From assembly GCF_037902255.1 (NCBI RefSeq), contig NZ_CP147990.1, forward strand, positions 4,230,001 through 4,262,000: a DNA stretch of 32,000 nucleotides, given 5' to 3'. The translations under genes and the position numbers were made by a program. Shown here one piece after another: positions 1 to 6,495 of the stretch (position 1 is its first letter; each line of letters opens with the position of its first letter). The notes under the pieces were generated by a model. It worked only from the letters and a program-made list of their open reading frames with translations, did not search any database and was not told where the DNA came from. This stretch comes from Candidatus Electrothrix sp. GW3-4. Lineage in GTDB: Bacteria; Desulfobacterota; Desulfobulbia; Desulfobulbales; Desulfobulbaceae.

Positions 1-601
1 CTGCCTCGGAGGGGGTGATGCGGGTCGCGTTCTTCTGGAAGTAGAAGCGACAGGCAGCCTCGATGCCTTCAATATTGCCGCCATAGGGGGTCAGGGTGAG
101 ATAGGTTGCCAGGATCTCCTCTTTGCTCAACTGCTGCTCCAGACGCAGGGCCTGGAACATCTCCAAGAGCTTCCACCAGAGGCTGCGGGGATGAGGACGG
201 AGCAGACGCACGGTCTGCATGGTGATGGTGGAGGCCCCGGACACCACCCGGCCCTGGCTGATGAACTGGAGCAAGGCCCGGCTCATGGCCAGCGGGTCCA
301 CCCCGTGATGGGACCAGAAGCGTTTATCCTCACAGGCCAGGAGGAGGCGGATAAACTGCGGGTCAATTGCCGTGTGGCCGTCCGTGTTGCCCAGATGGGC
401 AGGCAGACGCCAATAGCCGTCCTTAGTGGTAAAGAGGCGGAGAAGCCTGCCGTCGCGGTCTACCACCTTGGTGGAGCAGGGCGGTGGGAAGACCTCGGGC
501 AGGGGGGAGGGGAGGAAAAGGAAGAGGAGCAGGACGGAACAGCCTGTTATGATGGTCAGCGCAGCAAGGGCGATGAGGAGCTTTTTCTTCCGATGCTGCA
601 C
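1..601 (-). CDS. pbpC: Penicillin-binding protein 1C, N-terminal transglycosylase part (partial; C-terminus lies beyond the window start)
   Basis: Absent from the ORF track because it runs off the edge. My translation from GTG at 601 reads VQHRKKKLLIALAALTIITGC...VVDRDGRLLRLFTTKDGYWR...CEDKRFWSHHGVDPLAMSRA...GRVVSGASTITMQTVRLLRPHP...LSKEEILATYLTLTPYGGNIEG. These are GT51 transglycosylase motifs in a PBP1C-like order. GAGGT lies 7 nt upstream of the GTG, and the gene starts 12 nt after the rsgA stop. Confidence 0.85.
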   Translation of the reverse strand, partial: MQHRKKKLLIALAALTIITGCSVLLLFLFLPSPLPEVFPPPCSTKVVDRDGRLLRLFTTKDGYWRLPAHLGNTDGHTAIDPQFIRLLLACEDKRFWSHHGVDPLAMSRALLQFISQGRVVSGASTITMQTVRLLRPHPRSLWWKLLEMFQALRLEQQLSKEEILATYLTLTPYGGNIEGIEAACRFYFQKNATRITPSEA

Positions 602-612
602 GAGATCTACCT

Positions 613-1692
613 CTACCTGCGATGCTTCTGCTTCATCACGGACTTGCAATGCCTGGCAAACTGCTTGTCCTTTCTCCGTTTCTCATGGTACGACATCTCG
701 TGAAAGGCGGACTCCTTGGTCATCTTCAGATAGTTTTCATAGCGATCTGCGGGCAGGGTTCCTTCTTCCACAGCGGCCAGCACGGCGCAGCCCTTCTCAC
801 TGACATGGGAGCAATCACTGAACCGGCATTGCTCGGCCAAGGCGGCTATCTCTGCAAAGGTTTCCTCCACCCCTCTTTCGGTGGAAAAGTTGCCCAGCTC
901 CCGCATCCCCGGCGTATCCACTATCATTGCCCCGGAATCGAGCCTGATCAACTGGCGATGGGTTGTGGCATGTCGACCCTTGCTCTCCTTGCTGCTGACG
1001 GTCTTGGTTGCATATTTTGCTTCACCAAGAAGGGCGTTGAGCAAGGTGGTCTTGCCCACGCCTGATGAGCCCAGCAGGCAGGAGGCCTGGCCCGGCAGCA
1101 TCATTTCCCGTATTGCATCCAGACCAAAGCCGTTCTCGCTGCTGAAAGGGATAACCTTCAGCTGGGGCGCGATGCTGTGAATCTCGGTAATCCTGATGGC
1201 TATCTCGGCTTCATCCAGTAGATCGCTCTTACTGAGCAGGACAACCGGCTGAATCTCGGCTTCATTCACCATGACCAGATAGCGTTCCAGGCGACGGAGA
1301 TTGAAGTTTTCATTCAGGGACTGGACGATAAAGGCAACATCAATGTTAGCGGCAATGAGCTGAAAATCCACCTTCTTGCCCGGCGTCTTTCTTTTGAGCA
1401 AGGACTTACGGGGGAGGATCTCGTGGATGATGGCTAAGGTATCGTCATCGTAAAAGCTGGCCAGAACCCAGTCCCCTACGGCAGGGTAATCCAAGGGGGA
1501 GGAGGCGTTGAAGAGGATCTTGCCGATCAGCTCCGCACTAAGGCTGTTCTCACCATCAGTGACGATATAGCTGTCCTTATGCACAGCGGCGATCTTTGCG
1601 ATGGAGAAATGCTCCAGAGTGTCCGGCGGGACGCTTTCCAGCAGGGACGGGTCAAAGCCGAGGGCTGCTAATTTGTTGGGTATGTTCTTCAT
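613..1692 (-). CDS. rsgA: Ribosome small-subunit-dependent GTPase A (circularly permuted GTPase)
   Basis: 359 aa. Permuted G-motif order: LLSKSDL (G4) comes before GSSGVGKTTLLNAL (G1) and VDTPGMRE (G3). C-terminal Cys cluster CRFSDCSHVSEKGC matches the RsgA zinc finger. Confidence 0.9.
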   Translation of the reverse strand: MKNIPNKLAALGFDPSLLESVPPDTLEHFSIAKIAAVHKDSYIVTDGENSLSAELIGKILFNASSPLDYPAVGDWVLASFYDDDTLAIIHEILPRKSLLKRKTPGKKVDFQLIAANIDVAFIVQSLNENFNLRRLERYLVMVNEAEIQPVVLLSKSDLLDEAEIAIRITEIHSIAPQLKVIPFSSENGFGLDAIREMMLPGQASCLLGSSGVGKTTLLNALLGEAKYATKTVSSKESKGRHATTHRQLIRLDSGAMIVDTPGMRELGNFSTERGVEETFAEIAALAEQCRFSDCSHVSEKGCAVLAAVEEGTLPADRYENYLKMTKESAFHEMSYHEKRRKDKQFARHCKSVMKQKHRR

Positions 1693-2207
1693 GTGATGAT
1701 TAAATGTTGTCCTCCTTGTTCAATATCATAAATGAGATAGAGGTATTCGTAAGCAACGCGCCATCTGCCCCTTGTACTGGTCATGATGGTGGCGGTCTTT
1801 GGGTTCAAGCGAATGATTTCTCCATGCAGATCATTATTGTCTTTATCCTGGAAGCCGACCATCTCACCGACCTTGAGCTGGCTTTTGTCCAGTCCTTTTT
1901 CCGGTGCATTGATGATGTCGGTGTTGACTCCTTCCAGGTTTATGAAATATAAGGGTATTGTCCATTTCGCTTGATCGCAAAGATTTTGAACCAGGACTCG
2001 TGTTCTCCTTATTTTTAAGACCGTTGCCTCAATTTCTCGGTTTTGCTGTGCATCAAAATAGCTGATTTTCTGACCGGGCTGCAAATACCGTTTTATCTCA
2101 TCCAGGCGTTGAGGGTTTTCCAGTTGTTGGTTGATCGCAATGCTCAGGCGGTACAGATCAAATGTTGAGGCCTTGCTCAGTTCTTCAAGGATGCTTGAGT
2201 AGTCCAT
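1689..2207 (-). CDS. Hypothetical protein (no family recognised)
   Basis: 172-aa ORF whose stop overlaps the rsgA start by 4 nt (ATGA), suggesting an operon. No recognisable motif and no clear SD. Confidence 0.55.
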   Translation of the reverse strand: MDYSSILEELSKASTFDLYRLSIAINQQLENPQRLDEIKRYLQPGQKISYFDAQQNREIEATVLKIRRTRVLVQNLCDQAKWTIPLYFINLEGVNTDIINAPEKGLDKSQLKVGEMVGFQDKDNNDLHGEIIRLNPKTATIMTSTRGRWRVAYEYLYLIYDIEQGGQHLIIT

Positions 2208-2237
2208 AGAAATTTTTACGTCTTATTTTCTTTTCTC

Positions 2238-2284
2238 TTTTTCACCACCTGGTGAACATCACCGAGGCATCATATTCCTTTGGG
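2238..2284. repeat. 47-bp repeat 'A' copy 1, containing the perfect 16-bp palindrome TTCACCA-CC-TGGTGAA (2241-2256)
   Basis: tttttcaccacctggtgaacatcaccgaggcatcatattcctttggg matches 4626-4672 with 4 mismatches in 47, in the same orientation. It lies 3 bp after the CNNM stop and 30 bp before the 2207 start codon. Confidence 0.8.
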
Positions 2285-2289
2285 GGTTG

Positions 2290-3417
2290 TCATCCATCAG
2301 GCGCACGGCTTTTTGTGTCGGCTGAATGAGTCTGTTCAATCTTTTTTTTGTCAACGATATCAGCATCAATTCCCAGGGCCTTTGCCCGTTCCTTCCATTG
2401 TTTTCGCGCCAGAGAACGCATGTCTTCAACATCGTCTGTTTCATCCATAATTTCCATGCCCATAAGTGTCTCGATGAGGTCCTCCAGGGTTACCAGTCCA
2501 TCCGTTCCTCCATGCTCATCGACGACTATAGCAATGTGCTGGCGCTCCTTAAGAAACCTCTCCAATAAGACGACCAGGGAAATCGACTCAGGAACAAAAA
2601 GTATTTCACGCTTCAATGCTGTGAGCTTTTTGTCGCTTTGCTTCTGAGCGGCGTTGATCAGAATATCCTCTTTAAGAACAAAGCCAGTTATGTCATCAAT
2701 ATGCATCGCATAGAGCGGGAGGCGTGAAAAAGGGGTTTGGGTAACTTGTTTCATCGAGTCGATAATTTTCATGTCCTCGGGTAATGCAGAGATGACAGCA
2801 CGTGGCGTCATAATATCGTTCACTTTGAGTGACTCGAATCGGAATATATTTCGGATAATCCTTGATTCCTTATCGCGAATATGCCCCGTCTCTACACCTA
2901 CCTGAGCCATGGCGATGAATTCGTCTCTACTGAAAATGTGAATATCATTTCCATGTGAAATAGACTTTGTCAGTTTCTCCGAAATCCATACGAGTGGATA
3001 AAGGACCACAATCAAAATGTTGACAAGATATGAAGTTGGACCTGCAAGTTGTGCCCAGTAGACGGTGCCTAAAGTTTTCGGCACGATTTCGGAAAGAAAA
3101 AGGATCAAAAGGGTCATGACAGCTGAAAATACGCCAAACCATGCGCTGCCAAAGACGACTGTCGCCTTGGAACCGGAACCAATGGCACCAACTGTATGGG
3201 CAATAGTGTTGAGCGTTAAAATGGCCGCAAGTGATCGGTCCACATTATCCAGTCTCAGTTGTTTCAAGAGTGCTGCATACTGAGGCCGTTTTTCTTTCTG
3301 CCCTTCGATATAGGAAGGGGTAATGCTGAGGAGTACTGACTCTGCTACTGAACAAAGAAATGAAAACAGGAGTGCCAGCAGGACGTAAAGTATTAACAGC
3401 AGAGCATCAGTGCTCAT
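2290..3417 (-). CDS. CNNM/DUF21 transmembrane domain plus CBS-pair protein (hemolysin-family, putative Mg2+/Co2+ transporter)
   Basis: 375 aa. N-terminal 4-TM DUF21-like region (LSITPSYIE..., LAAILTLNTIAHTVGA), followed by a tandem CBS-like region (VNDIMTPRAVISAL ... HIAIVVDEHGGTDGLVTLEDLIETLMG). No CorC_HlyC C-terminal domain is evident. Confidence 0.85.
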   Translation of the reverse strand: MSTDALLLILYVLLALLFSFLCSVAESVLLSITPSYIEGQKEKRPQYAALLKQLRLDNVDRSLAAILTLNTIAHTVGAIGSGSKATVVFGSAWFGVFSAVMTLLILFLSEIVPKTLGTVYWAQLAGPTSYLVNILIVVLYPLVWISEKLTKSISHGNDIHIFSRDEFIAMAQVGVETGHIRDKESRIIRNIFRFESLKVNDIMTPRAVISALPEDMKIIDSMKQVTQTPFSRLPLYAMHIDDITGFVLKEDILINAAQKQSDKKLTALKREILFVPESISLVVLLERFLKERQHIAIVVDEHGGTDGLVTLEDLIETLMGMEIMDETDDVEDMRSLARKQWKERAKALGIDADIVDKKKIEQTHSADTKSRAPDG

Positions 3418-3649
3418 ATTTTCAATGCCTCTTTTGTGAGAACGTATTAATTTCTCTTTTGCTTTTTCAGTATATCAACAAGTATACGTTAATATATTGG
3501 AAAGTTAATCAGTTATCAATAATACAATTGATAAACAAAAAATACTCACAAGACAAGGATAAACTCACCGTTACAGTGAAAGGATGTACCAACTCAGGTA
3601 TGTAATTGCTGTATCAGCAGGGCGAGGCAAATTCCGGTGAGGAACCAGA

Positions 3650-3695
3650 GAGAGAGGAGCTTAAGCTGTTTTAATCACAACAGCTCAAGCGGTGA
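3650..3695 (-). repeat. Repeat 'B' copy 1: 12-bp-stem hairpin (arms 3659-3670 / 3679-3690) followed on the minus strand by CCUCUCUC
   Basis: Minus strand reads gcttgagctgtt-gtgattaa-aacagcttaagc. The only non-Watson-Crick pair is G-U on the minus strand (A-C on plus). It matches 4501-4547 at about 83% and lies 45 nt downstream of the DUF3047 stop. Confidence 0.7.
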
Positions 3696-3740
3696 AAAAT
3701 TGAAATTTTCCATGATGTTGATAGTATTGTAACGACAAAT

Positions 3741-4403
3741 CTACTCAGAGCTAAAAGAAATATCATCGTAGTAGGACTCCGCTACCAACCCGCTATTATC
3801 GGTATCGGTCATGACGGCAATAGCATCTATATAACGATAGGCTTCTATATTGTCTGCCTTATTTCCTTTATCTCCAAAATATTTAATCATATCTTCGTAT
3901 ACATTGCGTTTTTCGTAGTACCATTTCTCTGTACTTGAGTCCTTACCTCGAACTGACACCATTTTAACGCTTGAGCCAGCATACGCATTATTCCAAATTT
4001 TCCCCTGAGCTTGTGAGCCAGACCAAACATAATTGAGAGCTTTGGTTTTTAAACCCATGAAGCCCTTTTCAATAACAACATAAATTCGAGCGGCATAATC
4101 ATCACCATCTTTAGTACGCTCATCTAACCCAGGGAGCGTTTTGGAAACTCGCCAACTCCAACTCATATAAGGCGTTTTAAGCAGATCAATTCGTTTTTTA
4201 AGAACCAAACCTGATGCACTACCGTTACTCAACGCTTTCAATACTGGCTTGCCTTCGAGCAACATCAACTCATAAGAAGTTTCTCCTGAAAATATCTGTT
4301 TCTTCCATGCCTTAATCCCATCTGTGCCAAATGAAGTCAAATCAGCATTTGCATTGGAGTACAAACAGCACAAAGTGAGAGCCAATAATGGATATATTTT
4401 CAT
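3741..4403 (-). CDS. DUF3047-like secreted protein
   Basis: 220 aa with a signal peptide (MKIYPLLALTLCCLYSNANA). Motifs W..Q.F.GET.Y, YMSWSWRV and DDYAARIYVV are typical of DUF3047 as I recall the family. Confidence 0.75.
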   Translation of the reverse strand: MKIYPLLALTLCCLYSNANADLTSFGTDGIKAWKKQIFSGETSYELMLLEGKPVLKALSNGSASGLVLKKRIDLLKTPYMSWSWRVSKTLPGLDERTKDGDDYAARIYVVIEKGFMGLKTKALNYVWSGSQAQGKIWNNAYAGSSVKMVSVRGKDSSTEKWYYEKRNVYEDMIKYFGDKGNKADNIEAYRYIDAIAVMTDTDNSGLVAESYYDDISFSSE

Positions 4404-4500
4404 GAGTCCACAGTTCCTACGCTTTTATTTTGTTGCATATAACAGGATATTAAACAGGAAAACATGGAAAGCAAGGGAGAGAAGAAGGTTTGCCATCTGC

Positions 4501-4547
4501 CGGAGAGGGGCTTGAGCTATTTTAAACCACAACAGCTCAAGCAGTGA
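4501..4547 (-). repeat. Repeat 'B' copy 2: hairpin (arms 4510-4521 / 4531-4542) followed on the minus strand by CCCUCUCC
   Basis: Minus strand reads gcttgagctgtt-gtggtttaa-aatagctcaagc. The single non-Watson-Crick pair is again G-U on the minus strand only, at a different stem position than in copy 1. Confidence 0.7.
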
Positions 4548-4625
4548 GAGAAGCCAGAGTGTCAGCGTGGTTATCGCAAGGCGTTTGTTCGATTTGATTG
4601 TTTGAATCATTGCTCCGTGCTTGTT

Positions 4626-4672
4626 TTTTTCACCACCTGATGAACATCACCGAGGCATCATGTTCTATTGGG
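4626..4672. repeat. 47-bp repeat 'A' copy 2 (palindrome variant TTCACCA-CC-TGATGAA, 4629-4644)
   Basis: tttttcaccacctgatgaacatcaccgaggcatcatgttctattggg is a direct repeat of 2238-2284. It lies 70 bp downstream of the stop of the 4743..5015 gene. Confidence 0.8.
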
Positions 4673-4742
4673 ATTATTCACTTCACAGTGATTTAATATA
4701 ACGGGCTGTTATGCAACGTGGTCTCAGGGGAGGCGAGAGAGC

Positions 4743-5015
4743 TTAATCGCGAGGATATAAACCTTCATTGTTGCGTTCTGGAATGGGAATATTATTTTCT
4801 TTTAAGTGAGATAAGAGTGTTGTTTCAAAATCTGGATGCCAACCATCTCGATTACTATCATAGCATGATTGGCATACATCAAGCTTATACCGAGGTATAT
4901 GCTTTCCATTGTAAAAATGACGTCCCATTTGATATTTTGTACCGCATATTGTACAGGTGCATATGAATTTAAATTCACCTGGATTTTTCCCCATCTTTAG
5001 ATTGTAAGTGGACAT
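4743..5015 (-). CDS. Small zinc-ribbon-like hypothetical protein
   Basis: 90 aa with two Cys pairs (CTCTIC ... CQSC). AT-rich. No family recognised. Confidence 0.5.
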   Translation of the reverse strand: MSTYNLKMGKNPGEFKFICTCTICGTKYQMGRHFYNGKHIPRYKLDVCQSCYDSNRDGWHPDFETTLLSHLKENNIPIPERNNEGLYPRD

Positions 5016-5038
5016 TTAAGTTATCTCTTTGACCTCTA

Positions 5039-5488
5039 TTAAATTTTTCCTAAAAAATATGTTACTGTAGAAGCAAATATAGCAGAAAAAATTGCAATTA
5101 AAAAAGTGAATCGTTTCTCAAATTTTTTGCTTCTATCTTCATTTAAATATAAGTATCCTTTGCCAGTCAGGGAATACAAATGATCACTCAATTTTTCTTT
5201 ACAGCTCCAGGTCACACCTTTGTATGTTGCTTTATAATCACCACTTGATGTGGCAAATAGTTTCCATGCAAGTACCTGCAATTTAAGTGAAGTATATTCT
5301 GGATTTTTATCCGGCTCATCTTTTTTTACTAATGAGTCTTCAACTAATCCTTGAGTTATAAGAGAGGCAAAAGGGTAAAAATCTCTATGATCACCGTATA
5401 TTTTCGGTAACAAAGAAGAAATAACTGAAAGTTTCACTTCCCCTTCTTTTTCTATTTTTTTCAAAATTTTTAATGAAAGATCAATCAT
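5039..5488 (-). CDS. Hypothetical protein with a C-terminal transmembrane helix
   Basis: The track ORF starts at TTG 5491. ATG at 5488, preceded by GAGGA, is the more likely start. The C-terminus FTFLIAIFSAIFASTVTYFLG is a TM helix. AT-rich. Confidence 0.5.
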   Translation of the reverse strand: MIDLSLKILKKIEKEGEVKLSVISSLLPKIYGDHRDFYPFASLITQGLVEDSLVKKDEPDKNPEYTSLKLQVLAWKLFATSSGDYKATYKGVTWSCKEKLSDHLYSLTGKGYLYLNEDRSKKFEKRFTFLIAIFSAIFASTVTYFLGKI

Positions 5489-5557
5489 CAAGTCCTCGAG
5501 GCAGTTTTTATAACCAACCTACCAACAGAAAGAAACGCCCCGTTGGCAGGTTATAAT

Positions 5558-5767
5558 ACCACATTCAACGCTTTCAACGAGATATTTCAAGCGTAAAATA
5601 TCCCATTCGATGCTTACAACGTGACGTTTGATGTTTAAAACGAGGCATTCGAAGCTTCATATGAGGCATTTGAAGCTTAAAACGAGGCATTCAAAGCTTC
5701 ATATGAGGCGTTTGAAGTTTAAAACGTGGCATTCAAAGCTTCATATGAGGCATTTCATCTCGGCAAC
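5558..5767. repeat. Array 1: ten strictly phased 21-bp tandem units, with a core of three 42-bp repeats at 5642-5767
   Basis: Units start at 5558, 5579, 5600, 5621, 5642, 5663, 5684, 5705, 5726 and 5747. The core is GAGGCATT(C/T)(G/A)AAGCTT with alternating spacers CATAT and AAAAC. There are no indels across 210 bp. Confidence 0.9.
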
Positions 5768-5825
5768 AGGGGAAGAAAAAGAAGAAATGGGAGAGAGGAA
5801 CTATATAATATAGTTAAGAAAAAGA

Positions 5826-5924
5826 TCAAAGCAGCTTCCCGTTAATCTCCCCGGCCAACTCCTCCGGCGTTTTCCCCTCTGTATCCAAGACCAGATCCGA
5901 ACCAACCCGATAGAGCGGCTCCCG
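5826..5924 (-). pseudogene. Displaced duplicate of the aroK 3' end (last ~33 codons plus stop); left direct repeat of the inserted cassette
   Basis: 5838-5924 matches 7683-7769 with 4 mismatches in 87. It translates in frame to REPLYRVGSDLVLDTEGKTPEELAGEINGKLL*, against aroK's REPLYRAGSDLVLDTEGKTPEELAGEINGRL*. There is no upstream kinase domain. Confidence 0.85.
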
Positions 5925-5943
5925 CTTCGCCACAGCAGGGGGT

Positions 5944-6495
5944 TTACAGCAGATGACGTATTCGAGTGAATTCTTCACAAGCCGCAACCAGCGAGTCAGG
6001 TGGTGATTCAAGCTCAATATTTTTTCTGCACGTATCCGCAAGGCTGTCGATAAAGGGGTGAGCATCTTTTCGTTCCGAGAGAGCACCATATTTGTTTTTA
6101 TAGATATTTTTCTCCTCCTCATTAATAAGCTCCCCTGCAAGGTACGCTATCCATGTTTCAATATGCCACTTGGGTATAATGTAGGCTATCGGCTCTGCTT
6201 CGTCTCTCGGTGGCAAAAGTTTTGCTGCCAACTCAGTCCTGACCTGCTCAACAGAGAACTCATCAGCATCCTGAATCACCAACAGGATCGTCGCGGCATG
6301 TCGAGATCGGCACGCTTTGGCTTCTTCAGAAAATTTTTCCAGCACAAATTTTTTACCTGATCCCTTACCACCTGGATAAGGAACCACTCTGATTGTACGA
6401 GGTTTTACCCCCCACCCCTTTTTCAGGAAACGGGTTACAAATATTTCATGGGCCCTGTCTTCACAGAGAATAATAATTTGCGATGCCTTACTCAT
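5944..6495 (-). CDS. Small TOPRIM-like protein (DUF4276/DUF4435/RloB-type), partner of the upstream ATPase
   Basis: 183 aa. IIILCEDRAHEIFV (beta-strand plus acidic residue), LLVIQDADEF (DxD) and IPKWHIETWI follow the order of TOPRIM-like catalytic elements. Its start overlaps the ATPase stop by 8 nt (ATGAGTAA). Confidence 0.65.
   Translation of the reverse strand: MSKASQIIILCEDRAHEIFVTRFLKKGWGVKPRTIRVVPYPGGKGSGKKFVLEKFSEEAKACRSRHAATILLVIQDADEFSVEQVRTELAAKLLPPRDEAEPIAYIIPKWHIETWIAYLAGELINEEEKNIYKNKYGALSERKDAHPFIDSLADTCRKNIELESPPDSLVAACEEFTRIRHLL

Noticed and set aside
191-1180. Plus-strand ORFs 191..703, 426..803, 622..1065 and 881..1180
   Set aside because: They lie antisense to the clearly motif-bearing pbpC and rsgA genes. 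They are low-complexity Gly/Arg/Pro-rich translations typical of shadow ORFs in GC-rich DNA.
3442-3510. Possible extra 21-bp-type units (acgtattaatttctcttttgc ...) upstream of the CNNM gene
   Set aside because: The similarity to array-2 units needs an indel and is limited to ACGT plus a CTCTT tract. There is no phased repetition.
3513-3534. Perfect inverted repeat TTATCAAT-aataca-ATTGATAA about 100 bp upstream of the CNNM gene, as a possible operator
   Set aside because: It lies in a very AT-rich spacer where 8-bp AT palindromes are likely by chance. There is no second copy in the window and no recognisable regulator motif. It is noted but not called as a feature.
4425-4610. 61-aa hydrophobic ORF upstream of the DUF3047 gene
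   Set aside because: Its middle is encoded by the repeat-B hairpin, which also occurs in non-coding context at 3650-3695. The SD spacing is only 2 nt. It is more likely a structured leader or spacer than a CDS, although a small membrane peptide cannot be excluded.
5537-5767. CRISPR interpretation of the 21-bp arrays (also 25441-25692) and of the REP-like copies
   Set aside because: The units are contiguous with no unique spacers. The repeat length and period (21 bp) are too short. The REP-like copies are separated by whole genes. No cas genes are present in the window.
5628-5813. Heptad-repeat ORFs over the 21-bp arrays (5628..5813 and 25394..25690) as protein-coding genes
   Set aside because: Neither has an SD. 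Array 1's frame is closed by TGA in unit 4. The repeats are non-independent, so an open frame is weak evidence. The 25394 ORF starts antisense on the nitroreductase start codon. I keep this only as an alternative hypothesis in the findings.
5826-6140. Track ORF 5826..6140 (104 aa) as a real gene
   Set aside because: It is a chimera. Its last 33 codons are the duplicated aroK tail. The rest is an alternative frame overlapping the TOPRIM-like gene. It has no kinase domain and no plausible start context.
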